Source: an uncultured Acidobacteriota bacterium (GTDB lineage Bacteria > Acidobacteriota > Thermoanaerobaculia > Gp7-AA8 > CAVUJZ01). From it: a DNA stretch of 64,000 bases. The first letter of the stretch is position 1. Each line of letters opens with the position of its first letter. Below the pieces are notes generated by a model. That model saw only the letters and a program-made list of their open reading frames with translations, did no database searches and was not told the DNA's origin. A program made the translations under genes and the position numbers. The stretch spans positions 2,099 through 66,098 of the forward strand of contig CAVUJZ010000010.1 of assembly GCA_963741905.1 (NCBI GenBank). The letters are read 5' to 3'. Positions 48,143 through 57,291 of the stretch are shown piece after piece.

Positions 48143-48992
48143 TCACCTCGTCTCCGACATTCACCATATCGTAGAGCTGGCGGATGTCGGAGTTGCGCAT
48201 CCGGATGCAACCATGGGATGCGTTCTGTCCGAGCGAGGAGACCGCTTCGGTGCCGTGCAGAGCGTAGCCGTCCCCGAGGTTCAGTCGACGGATCCCGAGG
48301 ACATCGGGATATTCACGCTGCCGCGTGCCGACCGGGGGGATGACCACGGCGTCGCCCGCGTAGATCTCCTGCCCGGCGGGAAGCGCCCGCGCGACGCCGT
48401 TCTCGATCTCGACGACATTGTCGCCGCGAACAGTGAGCGAACGATCGCCCGAGCCGAGGGTCTCCCCTCGCCGGAGATGCACGACCCGCATTCCTTTCCG
48501 GTTTGCCAGCTCCACGTAGTGCCAGTCGGGGGGAATCCATTTCGGATCCTCTTCTTTCGAAAGAACCCGGAACTTCCCGACCGGGGTCCGGAAGACGACG
48601 GTGCGTCCTCCCTGGCGGAGCGAGGTGTTCTTGCCGGTGGCGCAGATCGCGTCGAAGACCGTTTTTCCCTGTCTGCGCAATCGGACGCGGTGCTCCGCGA
48701 GCGAGACCACCACGACCTGGGCCGAATCCTGGCGATCGCTGATCTGGTCGCTGACGGAGCCGACGCGGCTGCGAAGTGATTCGAGCGTGGTCTCGGAGCG
48801 CTTCATCCGGTCGGCGATCTGTTCGAGTCGCTCCTGTTTCCACTGCCCGATCATCGAGTCGATCACTTCGATCCGGCGGAACTCCTGACCATCGCGGAGG
48901 TTGATCATCTCCGCGGAGACTCCGAAGGCCAGCAGGCCCAGACCGAGCACCAGCAGCGCCCAGGATCCGATCAGTCCAATCCAGCGTTTCAT
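48132..48992 (-). CDS. L,D-transpeptidase (YkuD) family protein with N-terminal TM and coiled coil
   Basis: ALHGTEAVSSLGQNASHGCIRMRNSD catalytic motif. Confidence 0.85.
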   Translation of the reverse strand: MKRWIGLIGSWALLVLGLGLLAFGVSAEMINLRDGQEFRRIEVIDSMIGQWKQERLEQIADRMKRSETTLESLRSRVGSVSDQISDRQDSAQVVVVSLAEHRVRLRRQGKTVFDAICATGKNTSLRQGGRTVVFRTPVGKFRVLSKEEDPKWIPPDWHYVELANRKGMRVVHLRRGETLGSGDRSLTVRGDNVVEIENGVARALPAGQEIYAGDAVVIPPVGTRQREYPDVLGIRRLNLGDGYALHGTEAVSSLGQNASHGCIRMRNSDIRQLYDMVNVGDEVIIY

Positions 48993-49002
48993 CCGTGTTC
49001 TC

Positions 49003-49743
49003 CTAAAAGATGTAGATTCGGGTGCCCTTCCCGATGCGCGGCCAGATCGCTCTGAGGTCCTCGGCCGGCACCATGAAGGAGCCCGGCTTGGGGCCCTCGA
49101 GGGGGCTTTCGTCCGACGGCGTGGAATGGATCACGTAGCCGTTCGGAAGTCGAACCACGTAGTGACCGAGCCCGTCGGGCACCTTCGGCGGGGTCTCGGG
49201 GAGCGGTTCCCCCTTCATGGCGTAAAGCCACTCCGGAATCTGCCAGTCGAGGCCGACGGTCTTGCCGGTGATCCGGAAGCTCCCTTTGAGCGGAACGAAC
49301 GTCCATACCCTGCCGGATCTGGAACGGATCTCACCGCCAGAGCCGATCCGGACCGGGGCATCCCGGAGAACGGTGTCTCCGTACTGGAAGAGCATCCGCT
49401 TGTTTTTCGTATCAATGGCGAGATAGAAATCGTCCGAATCGAGCGCCGAGACATATTCCATCTTCCCCTGAAGCTGTTTCTGGAGTTGCTGGCGATCGAG
49501 ATCGGAGCGGGCGAGCTTCTGCTTCAACTGATTGACTTCAATCGGTGAAGTACGCCGCTCCGCGATGACCGACGCGTAGCGACGGTCGACATGATTGCTG
49601 TGAATTTGCGCGACGACGCCCACCGCGATGGCGACCAGAAGAATGCCCAGATTCAGCCAGAGAGGGGGCCGAGGAAATCCCCGTCGCTCCGGCGACTCGG
49701 GCCGGTCCTCGGCGCGCCGATCCGATTTGATTCGCATTGTCAT
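49003..49743 (-). CDS. YkuD-like paralog lacking the canonical His/Cys motif
   Basis: Same architecture as the neighbouring gene. The aligned motif reads YVIHSTP...KPGSFMVPAEDL (manual alignment). Start uncertain (49743 or 49821). Confidence 0.55.
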   Translation of the reverse strand: MTMRIKSDRRAEDRPESPERRGFPRPPLWLNLGILLVAIAVGVVAQIHSNHVDRRYASVIAERRTSPIEVNQLKQKLARSDLDRQQLQKQLQGKMEYVSALDSDDFYLAIDTKNKRMLFQYGDTVLRDAPVRIGSGGEIRSRSGRVWTFVPLKGSFRITGKTVGLDWQIPEWLYAMKGEPLPETPPKVPDGLGHYVVRLPNGYVIHSTPSDESPLEGPKPGSFMVPAEDLRAIWPRIGKGTRIYIF

Positions 49744-49942
49744 GGAGTCAGAGAACCCTTTCACTTTCGGTTTCTGGTGGCTCTGTATGAGAAATGCGGG
49801 CCAAACCCGGCGCGTTGTCAAAACCGGCCTGATGATTCAGATGGAATCTTCATTGCTTGGGGAATCAGCCGGGATCAAATGATCCGGTTCGAAGGTGGCC
49901 GCGCCCGCGATCGCGGGTCGAACGGCCGGGGAAGGAGAGACC

Positions 49943-50275
49943 ATGGCAGAAACCTCAGGAGTGCAGCAGATCAGTGACGAGAAGTTCGAAACGGACGTTC
50001 TGAAGTCCGACACCCCGGTGTTCGTGGACTTCTGGGCTCCGTGGTGTGGTCCCTGTCGGATCGTGGGACCGGTGATCGAGGAGCTGGCACCCTCCTATGA
50101 AGGCAAGATGCGGGTGACCAAGCTCAACGTCGACGAGAATCCCGCCACCGCGCAGAAGTATCAGGTCACGTCGATTCCGACGATGATCATCTTCAAGAAT
50201 GGCCAGGTGGCGGATCGGGCGATTGGCGCCATGCCGCGCAGTGAGCTCCAGAAGTTCATCGACCGAAACATCTAG
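49943..50275 (+). CDS. trxA: Thioredoxin
   Basis: FWAPWCGPCR active site. ATG 49943 preceded by GGAAGGAGAG. Confidence 0.9.
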   Translation: MAETSGVQQISDEKFETDVLKSDTPVFVDFWAPWCGPCRIVGPVIEELAPSYEGKMRVTKLNVDENPATAQKYQVTSIPTMIIFKNGQVADRAIGAMPRSELQKFIDRNI

Positions 50276-50291
50276 CCTGGCTTGACGATCC

Positions 50292-51500
50292 ATGCTTGCA
50301 GATCTCGAACGGCTTCTCAGAGAGCGCTCGATCGATACGGTCCTCGTGCCGATGCACGAGATGATCGATCCTTCGTTCCGCTGGCTCAGCCGCGGAGCGA
50401 AGCTCACTCGTGGCTGGGTGGTGTTCCGGTCGGTCGACGATCTGACTCTGATTCATGATCCGATGGAGCGCGACGAAGCCGCAGCCAGCGGGCTCTCCTG
50501 CCGCTCGATTCAGGAGTTCGACTGGTCCGGGATCCAGCGCGACGCGCCGGACGCTGCATCCGCTCTGGCCCGTTTGCTCGATCGCATCCTCGGCGAGCTC
50601 GGAGCTCGCGAGACGATTGCAATCTTCGGCCGTCCCCCGTTTCATCTCTATCTTCCCGCCGTGGAGCGGCTGCGGGAGATGGGATGGAGCATCGATCCGG
50701 GCAACGGTGAGGACATCAGCCAGAAGGCCCGGAAGCGGAAGGATCCCTGGGAGGTGGTGGCGGTCGCCAGCGTGGGAGCGCGCACCGAGCAGGTGGTCGA
50801 TGGCGTCCGTGCTCGGCTCCGGCGGGCGGAGATCGCCGACGATGGTCTCCACCTGGATGGCCGGCGTCTCACCCTTGGCGATCTCAAGTCGTTCATCAGT
50901 ACCGACATTCAGAGACTGGGGATGGTGGAAGACCACGAAACGATCGTTTCTCAGGGGCGAGATGCGGGCATTCCGCACTCTCGAGGGGATGCCTCCGCAA
51001 CGGTGCGAGCCTCTCAGCCTCTGGTGATCGATATCTTCCCTGCCGATCGGGCGACCGGGTACTTTTTCGACATGACCAGAACCTTCTGTGTCGGGCCGGT
51101 TCCGGACCGCCTGGCAGAGCTTCACCATCAGGTGTTCGAGGCCTTCGAGATGGCCAGAGACTCGGTTCGGGTGGGGGAGCTGGCGGGCGCCGTCCATCAA
51201 CGTGTCTGTGACTATTTCGAATCGCTCGGCCACCCCACGTCGCGCTCACAGCCGGGGACGCTGCAAGGGTATGTTCATGGTCTGGGGCACGGAGTGGGGC
51301 TGGAGATTCACGAGCGGCCGTCGTTTTCGATCGATCCTGCGAACCGGGATACGATCGAGCAAGGCGACATTCTGACCATCGAGCCGGGCCTTTACTACCC
51401 GGACGAAGGCCTCGGGGTCCGGATCGAGGATACGCTGGTGGTCGAGTCGGACGGAACACTGCGAACCCTCTGCCGCAGCGATCGGTCGCTCCAGCCCTGA
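50292..51500 (+). CDS. M24 family Xaa-Pro aminopeptidase
   Basis: DMTRTF..., HGLGHGVGLEIHE, LTIEPGLY, GVRIEDT metal-ligand contexts. Confidence 0.85.
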   Translation: MLADLERLLRERSIDTVLVPMHEMIDPSFRWLSRGAKLTRGWVVFRSVDDLTLIHDPMERDEAAASGLSCRSIQEFDWSGIQRDAPDAASALARLLDRILGELGARETIAIFGRPPFHLYLPAVERLREMGWSIDPGNGEDISQKARKRKDPWEVVAVASVGARTEQVVDGVRARLRRAEIADDGLHLDGRRLTLGDLKSFISTDIQRLGMVEDHETIVSQGRDAGIPHSRGDASATVRASQPLVIDIFPADRATGYFFDMTRTFCVGPVPDRLAELHHQVFEAFEMARDSVRVGELAGAVHQRVCDYFESLGHPTSRSQPGTLQGYVHGLGHGVGLEIHERPSFSIDPANRDTIEQGDILTIEPGLYYPDEGLGVRIEDTLVVESDGTLRTLCRSDRSLQP

Positions 51501-51601
51501 CTGTCCGTGTGAGCCATTTCGTGGCAGACTGGTTCGCGACCCGGTCCCGGCGGTGATTCCCGACGGACGGGCCGGGGAACCATACGGAAGGGGAGGTACC
51601 G

Positions 51602-52027
51602 GTGAACGCTCGTCATGTCGAGAGCCGCGTCCGGGTGCGGTACAAGGAGACGGATCAGATGGGCATTGCCCATCATTCCAACTACATCGTCTGGTTCGAG
51701 ATCGGCCGGACCGATCTGTGTCGTGCGGTCGGATTGACTTATCGAGAGATCGAAGAGCGCGGGCACCTGATGGTGGTCACCGAGGTCGGGTGCAGTTACC
51801 GCCGCTCGTACGGCTACGACCAGGAGGTTCTGATCCGGACGTCACTGGGGCGGATTGCCAGCCGAGCGTTCCGGTTCGACTACGGGCTGTTCGACGAGAC
51901 CGGAGAACAGCGTTACGCGAGTGGCTTCTCCAGCCACATGTGGGTCGACCGAACGAGCCGGAAGCCGATCGCGGTGCGCGGCGAGATCCTCGATCGATTC
52001 AACGCCTGGAATGAGGAGCCTCAGTAG
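51602..52027 (+). CDS. Acyl-CoA thioesterase, YbgC/4HBT family
   Basis: VRVRYKETDQMGIAHHSNYIVWFE hotdog-fold signature. GTG start. Confidence 0.85.
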   Translation: MNARHVESRVRVRYKETDQMGIAHHSNYIVWFEIGRTDLCRAVGLTYREIEERGHLMVVTEVGCSYRRSYGYDQEVLIRTSLGRIASRAFRFDYGLFDETGEQRYASGFSSHMWVDRTSRKPIAVRGEILDRFNAWNEEPQ

Positions 52028-52434
52028 GTGGCCAGCTTTCCGCTGAGATAGTCTTCCGCATTCTTCATGAACGCGCGCTTGTTCGCGGCTGAATTGAAAT
52101 AGTAGATCCTGTCCTTGTATTCCGCGATGGGAGTGTCTTTCGTAATGCTGACCTTCTGTCCATCCACCGGATCCATGGCGATGGCGGGAGCGAAGGGGAG
52201 ATTGAGCTCTGCGGCCGTGACCTCCACCGGCTTGCTCGACGAGGCATTGTCGGAGTCATCCGTTGGGATGATCTCCTCGGTTCGGAACTCGAGGGTCTCC
52301 GGAGGGGTGGTCTGGCGCAATTGTGCCTCCTCGAGTGTCCGGACGTTTTGCGGCCGGGCCGGAGGCGGGACTGGAGGAGAGCTCTCGCAGCCCACGAGCA
52401 GGAGTAGAAATATTGCCGAGGCGAGCGTCTTCAT
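52021..52434 (-). CDS. YHS-domain lipoprotein
   Basis: Lipobox LLLVGC. C-terminal …DPVDGQKV…YKDRIYYFNSAANKRAF (YHS/TRASH pattern). Confidence 0.7.
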   Translation of the reverse strand: MKTLASAIFLLLLVGCESSPPVPPPARPQNVRTLEEAQLRQTTPPETLEFRTEEIIPTDDSDNASSSKPVEVTAAELNLPFAPAIAMDPVDGQKVSITKDTPIAEYKDRIYYFNSAANKRAFMKNAEDYLSGKLATY

Positions 52435-53216
52435 GAGGGTTCACTCCGGAGCGGCTCGAGGAAGCGCTCCACGGCCTGATTGAACGCGATCGGGGTCTCG
52501 AGATTCGAAAGGTGGCCCGCGTCGGCAATGGTGCTGAGAACCGCATGGGGAATCGCATCGACCATCTGTCGCGCGTCCTCGGGTGGGGTGATTCCGTCCT
52601 GTTCGCCGACCACGACAAGAGTGGGAACGGCGATCTTTCGCAGCGTCGGGGTCGAATCGGAGCGGTCGGCCATTGCGCGAAGCGCTTCGACCACCCCCCG
52701 GGGTGAGGCGGCTTCCATCACCCGGCGAGCGGCATTCCCGGCCTCCGAGTGAGGGTGATGGAGCAGGTTCGGGAGCATCGAGTGGATGACCGCGGAGGTC
52801 CCTTCCCGCTCCACGAGGTCGATGGTCTGCAGCCGCTTCGCCTTTCCCTCTTCGGTGTCGGGGATCGAGCGGGTATCGATCAGGATGAGCCCGGTGAACC
52901 GCTCGGGGGCGAGGCGGATCATGTTCAGAACGATGTAGCCGCCCATGGAGAGGCCGGCGACGACCGCCCGTTCGATCTCGAGATGATCCAGCAGAGCCAG
53001 CATGTCTGCAGCGTGGTCTTCGATCGAGAACTCTCTCTCCGGTTCCTGTGAGCGGCCGAAGCCGCGGAGATCGGGCATCAGGTGGCGCACATTCCGGATG
53101 GCGAGCTGAGGATGAAAAATGGCGGAGGAGAGAGGGTAGCCGTGAACCCAGAGGACCGGCAGACCGGTCCCCTGATCGAGGTAGTGAAGTCGGTTGTTGC
53201 GGATCAGGGCTTCCAT
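52431..53216 (-). CDS. Alpha/beta hydrolase
   Basis: VLWVHGYP and nucleophile elbow GLSMGG. Start at 53216 overlaps the upstream stop by 1 nt. Confidence 0.8.
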   Translation of the reverse strand: MEALIRNNRLHYLDQGTGLPVLWVHGYPLSSAIFHPQLAIRNVRHLMPDLRGFGRSQEPEREFSIEDHAADMLALLDHLEIERAVVAGLSMGGYIVLNMIRLAPERFTGLILIDTRSIPDTEEGKAKRLQTIDLVEREGTSAVIHSMLPNLLHHPHSEAGNAARRVMEAASPRGVVEALRAMADRSDSTPTLRKIAVPTLVVVGEQDGITPPEDARQMVDAIPHAVLSTIADAGHLSNLETPIAFNQAVERFLEPLRSEPS

Positions 53217-53575
53217 CACATCTCCTGCAGCAGGCGATCGCGGGTTTTGCGAAGCTGTTCCCATGCCATCGCCTCGAGGGTGCCGGTCCGGACGGCGAGA
53301 ACGAGGTAGTAGCCGTCGTCCAGCGTGCAGTTGAGAAAGGTGGAGCTGCCCATGTGCAGTTTGAAGGACCGGGGCTCCCCGAGGCCGGAATCCCCGCAGA
53401 TGGAGCGGAGCCGGTCGAGAAAGATGCCCTGGTAGGCGCCGGCCAGCTTCAGGTCATAGTGGGAGGATCCACGGCCGACCAATTCGACGGTTTCTCCCTC
53501 CCAGTCGAGAAAGATCGCCCCGAGGGCACCATCGACGCGATCGAGCAGGTCGCTGAGAATTCTGTGAAATGGCAC
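53216..53575 (-). CDS. Roadblock/LC7 (MglB-like) domain protein
   Basis: 119 aa from GTG 53575, just after the upstream stop at 53586. The pattern LLDRVDGALGAIFLDWEGETV...YYLVLAV is typical of the Robl/LC7 fold. Judged by eye. Confidence 0.6.
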   Translation of the reverse strand: MPFHRILSDLLDRVDGALGAIFLDWEGETVELVGRGSSHYDLKLAGAYQGIFLDRLRSICGDSGLGEPRSFKLHMGSSTFLNCTLDDGYYLVLAVRTGTLEAMAWEQLRKTRDRLLQEM

Positions 53576-53585
53576 TGGTTCGGTT

Positions 53586-55313
53586 TCAGGCGGCTCCGCG
53601 CACCTGTTCTTCTGGCTGGATCTCTCCAGCGTCCACGGCTCGTGCGAACGCCTCCACCACGACCGGATCGAACCGGGTTCCTCCGAACCCTCGAATTCGC
53701 TCCACGACATAGCTCAGCGGCATGGCTCTCTGATAGGGGCGATTGGTGGTCATGGCATCGAAGGTATCGGCCACCGCGACGATCCTCGCCTGCATCGGAA
53801 TCTGCTCCCCCTGAAGGCCCTCGGGATAGCCTCCTCCAGCCCACTTCTCGTGGTGATACTTCATGCCCGGAATGATGTCGATGAGCTGGGACATGCCCCC
53901 CATGATCACCGAGCCCTTCTGGGGATGAGTCTTCATCACCGCGAATTCGTCGTCGGTGAGGGCCCCGGGCTTCCGCAGAATCCGATCGTCGATCCCGATC
54001 TTGCCGACGTCGTGAAGCAGAGCACTGACCCGGAGGTTCTGCAGTTCCCGTTTCGGGAGGTCGAGCTGTTTTCCGATGGCAATGGAGAACCGCGCCACCC
54101 GTTCGGAGTGACCGCGGGTGTAGGGGTCCTTGGCGTCGATCGCCGCGGCGAGCATCCGGACCGAGTTGACGAAGAGCTGATGATTTTCTGCCGCGGCCTG
54201 TTTCAGGCTCTCGATCGCCCGTTCGATCTCGGCCGACATGATGTTGAAGTTGTCCGCCAGTTCACGAACCTCGTCGGGACCCGTCGCCTCGACTCTCTGC
54301 TGATAATTCCCCTGGGCGATCTCATGGCTGCGAAGTGCCAGTGCGCGAATCGGCCGGGAGATTCTCGTGGCGAAGAAAGTGCCGAAGACCAGCGCGAGCA
54401 GCAGCGCCAATCCGCTCCACTTGCGGGTCGAATCCACCATCCGATCCACCGAGGCGAACGCCTTGCTCTCCTCACGCTCGACCACCACGCCCCACTTCTG
54501 AGCGGAGACGGGAGCCACCGTGCCGAGCATCTTGGTCGGCACTCCGGAAAAATCGTCGACATAGGACTGGGTCAGGCGAACAGGAGCCTTCATGTACTCC
54601 CGGACGATGGGAAGCCGGGAGTAGTCGGGATGGGTGATGCTGAGGGCGGGCTCGCTGTGAATCAGGACATGACCCTTCTGATCCACGACGAATGCGGTGA
54701 CGTCCGCGCGTCCCTCCTCCCGGAGCCGGTCGGCAATCCGACGCAGACTGACCAGACCCTCGACGGCACCGATCACCTGGCCGTTTCTCATCACCGGCAC
54801 ACCAATCACCACCGCAGGCTGATTGAGTGTCTCCAGGAAGAGATAGTCGCCGATGACCGTACGGCCGGTCAGAACGCTGCCCAGAGCAGCATTGAGATCG
54901 TGGACTGCCGTGGCATCCATCCCCTCGGGCTGAGCGGTGGCTCCCTGACCCTCCCGGTTGACCATCCAGAGAGCGAGGATGTCGCTGTCCGGCGAGAGAT
55001 AGCTGGAGATGAATCCCTGGTGCGATGCGTAGGTGAAGGGATCGGTATCCGCTGGAAGCAGCTCCGCGCTGACCTTCACCCCCGCCGCGATCTTCTGGAG
55101 CTGCTGAGCGTAGTCGTTGAGGTGGTTGTCGATCTCCGCGGCGATTCCCACCGCGGAGCGGGTCAGATACTTCTTCTCCAGCGTCTCGAGCGTCTCACGA
55201 TTGATGCTGATCAGAAAATAGTGAGACAGCAGCAGCGGGAGCACACCGACCACGATCAGCGCACCGAGAAGCATCCACAGGATCCGTGGGCGTGGCATGG
55301 AGAAGGATGCCAT
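53586..55313 (-). CDS. Membrane sensor with Cache-like periplasmic domain, HAMP, and HD-GYP phosphohydrolase domain
   Basis: HDVGKIGI and HHEKWAGGGYPEGL (HD-GYP signature). Start moved to MASFSMPRPRILWMLLG (55313). Confidence 0.85.
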   Translation of the reverse strand: MASFSMPRPRILWMLLGALIVVGVLPLLLSHYFLISINRETLETLEKKYLTRSAVGIAAEIDNHLNDYAQQLQKIAAGVKVSAELLPADTDPFTYASHQGFISSYLSPDSDILALWMVNREGQGATAQPEGMDATAVHDLNAALGSVLTGRTVIGDYLFLETLNQPAVVIGVPVMRNGQVIGAVEGLVSLRRIADRLREEGRADVTAFVVDQKGHVLIHSEPALSITHPDYSRLPIVREYMKAPVRLTQSYVDDFSGVPTKMLGTVAPVSAQKWGVVVEREESKAFASVDRMVDSTRKWSGLALLLALVFGTFFATRISRPIRALALRSHEIAQGNYQQRVEATGPDEVRELADNFNIMSAEIERAIESLKQAAAENHQLFVNSVRMLAAAIDAKDPYTRGHSERVARFSIAIGKQLDLPKRELQNLRVSALLHDVGKIGIDDRILRKPGALTDDEFAVMKTHPQKGSVIMGGMSQLIDIIPGMKYHHEKWAGGGYPEGLQGEQIPMQARIVAVADTFDAMTTNRPYQRAMPLSYVVERIRGFGGTRFDPVVVEAFARAVDAGEIQPEEQVRGAA

Positions 55314-55394
55314 TGAGCCGATTATAACAATCTCGCTCCCCGGGCCGTTCCCGGCGGAGAAATCGTAACCGCATCTTTTTGTTCTGGATCTCCG

Positions 55395-56528
55395 GTGCAG
55401 CCCTTTCGTCAGTTCCCGCACGGGATCGGAATTTACGTTCATCTGCCCTTCTGCAGGGTCAAATGTTCCTATTGTGGATTTGCCATCTCCACACGACAGT
55501 CTCTCGGTGAGCCCTACCTGCGGGCCCTCGAGCGCGAGGTCGAGCTCTGGTCCGAGAGGCTGCAGGCGGACGGCCTCACCCTTTACTTCGGTGGCGGCAC
55601 GCCCTCACTCACGCCGCCCTCGGCGGTTGCCAGGCTGATTCGGCGTATCGACGGAGCATTCCCGCCGCGAGGTGACCGTGAGCTGACCCTCGAGGCGAAT
55701 CCGGAGGATGTCACCGCCACCAGTCTCTCCGCCTGGTGCGATGCGGGGATCAATCGGATCAGCCTTGGGATCCAGTCATTCCATGACGACGAGCTGCGGC
55801 CGCTGGGGCGGGCCCACGGACGCGAAGGTGCTCTGCGCGCTCTGGAGTTGATCTCCGGTACGGAGCTTCGCCTGAGTCTCGATCTGATCGCCGGACTCCC
55901 GGGACAGACCCGTGAACGGTTCGACCAGTCGCTCGATCTGGCGCTCGGCAGTGGTGCAGGCCATCTGTCGATCTATCTGCTGGATCTGGAGGAGCGGAGT
56001 GCTCTGGATCGACGGGTGCGTCAGGGACTGGTGGCATTGCCGGACGAGGACGAGGTCGTGGAGATGTGGCTTTCCGCCAGGCAGCGCTGCCAGGAGGCGG
56101 GGATCGAGCCTTACGAGGTGAGTAACTATGCGCGGCCGGGGGAGCAGAGCCGGCACAACCGCTCTTACTGGGATCGGACGCCCTATCTCGGACTGGGACT
56201 GGGAGCGCATTCGTTCTTCGGGTCGACACGCCTGGCAAATCCGACCGTGATCGGCGAGTATATTGTGCGGCTGGAGGAGGGACGTGATCCCACCGTTTTC
56301 GAAGAAACCATCGGGTCGGAGGAGGAGCGTCACGAACGCCTCCTGCTCGGACTGCGTCAGACCCGGGGGATGGAAACATCCGAGCTGGTCCGGCTGGCGG
56401 GCAAAGGGGGCATCGAATGGAAGCGACGAGGTCTGAGCGAGGGTTGGCTGGAGGAGCGGCAGGGAAGCATCGCGTTTACGCCGCGCGGTTTTCTGCTGAG
56501 CAACGACTTGCTCTCGGAGCTCTTCTGA
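55395..56528 (+). CDS. hemW: Radical SAM heme chaperone HemW (coproporphyrinogen III oxidase-like)
   Basis: GIYVHLPFCRVKCSYCGF (CxxxCxxC), 377 aa, C-terminal HemN_C-like region. Confidence 0.85.
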   Translation: MQPFRQFPHGIGIYVHLPFCRVKCSYCGFAISTRQSLGEPYLRALEREVELWSERLQADGLTLYFGGGTPSLTPPSAVARLIRRIDGAFPPRGDRELTLEANPEDVTATSLSAWCDAGINRISLGIQSFHDDELRPLGRAHGREGALRALELISGTELRLSLDLIAGLPGQTRERFDQSLDLALGSGAGHLSIYLLDLEERSALDRRVRQGLVALPDEDEVVEMWLSARQRCQEAGIEPYEVSNYARPGEQSRHNRSYWDRTPYLGLGLGAHSFFGSTRLANPTVIGEYIVRLEEGRDPTVFEETIGSEEERHERLLLGLRQTRGMETSELVRLAGKGGIEWKRRGLSEGWLEERQGSIAFTPRGFLLSNDLLSELF

Positions 56529-57235
56529 TTCTGTTGCTCGCCGCTCCGGTGATGGCGGGCGACATCAGTTTCGACCCGGAGCTGACCCAGCAGCAGTTCC
56601 ACCTGTTTTCTCAGGTCGTGGGGCAGGCGGTATATCCCACGCCGGTCGCTCCGGCCGAGGGCGGCGGGTTGTTCGGATTTCAGGTGGGGGTTGCCGCGGT
56701 CGGAACGAAAGTCGATGAGAGCGCCGAGTACTGGATCCGTTCGATCGACGGTAATGCGACCCGCGGCGGATATCTGGTGGTTCCGCGTCTGGTGGTGAGC
56801 AAGGGCCTCGGCCGGTTCAATGTGACGGGATCGTGGGCCCGCGCTTCCAATGCGGATGTGAGCATGATCGGGGGAACGCTCGACTTCGCGCTCATCGAGG
56901 GGGGGCTGACCCGGCCGACGATCGGGTTGCGAGGTGCCTGGGCGGATCTGCGGGGCTCCGATGTGTTCGACCTCACCACCTGGGGGATCGAGGGCTTCAT
57001 CAGCAAGGGCATCGGTCCACTGACTCCCTATGCCGGAGCGGGGTTGACCCGGACGGAGTCCAGCGGCCTGATCGGCGCAACCCAGTTCAGCGACGAGATC
57101 CATTTGAGCGACCAGTTCGAAGGGACGCGGCTGACCGTCGGAGCGAGGCTTTCACTGGTGCTGTGGAATCTGGTCGTCGAGGCGACCCAGGCGAAGGAAC
57201 GGACGTATGCAGCCCGGTTCACCTTCGGATTCTGA
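56417..57235 (+). CDS. Putative outer-membrane beta-barrel protein (start uncertain)
   Basis: Signal-like LALGALLILLLAAPVMA, alternating beta pattern, C-terminal ...ARFTFGF ending in Phe. The only ATG overlaps hemW by 112 bp. Confidence 0.5.
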   Translation: MEATRSERGLAGGAAGKHRVYAARFSAEQRLALGALLILLLAAPVMAGDISFDPELTQQQFHLFSQVVGQAVYPTPVAPAEGGGLFGFQVGVAAVGTKVDESAEYWIRSIDGNATRGGYLVVPRLVVSKGLGRFNVTGSWARASNADVSMIGGTLDFALIEGGLTRPTIGLRGAWADLRGSDVFDLTTWGIEGFISKGIGPLTPYAGAGLTRTESSGLIGATQFSDEIHLSDQFEGTRLTVGARLSLVLWNLVVEATQAKERTYAARFTFGF

Positions 57236-57238
57236 TCC

Positions 57239-57272
57239 GAAGAGAAGGACGGCCTGAGCCGTCCTTCTCTTC
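57239..57272. terminator. Perfect 15-bp hairpin between convergent genes (possible bidirectional terminator; no U-tract)
   Basis: GAAGAGAAGGACGGC-CTGA-GCCGTCCTTCTCTTC. Confidence 0.45.
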
Positions 57273-57291
57273 CTGTCGATCCGGGTGAGGA

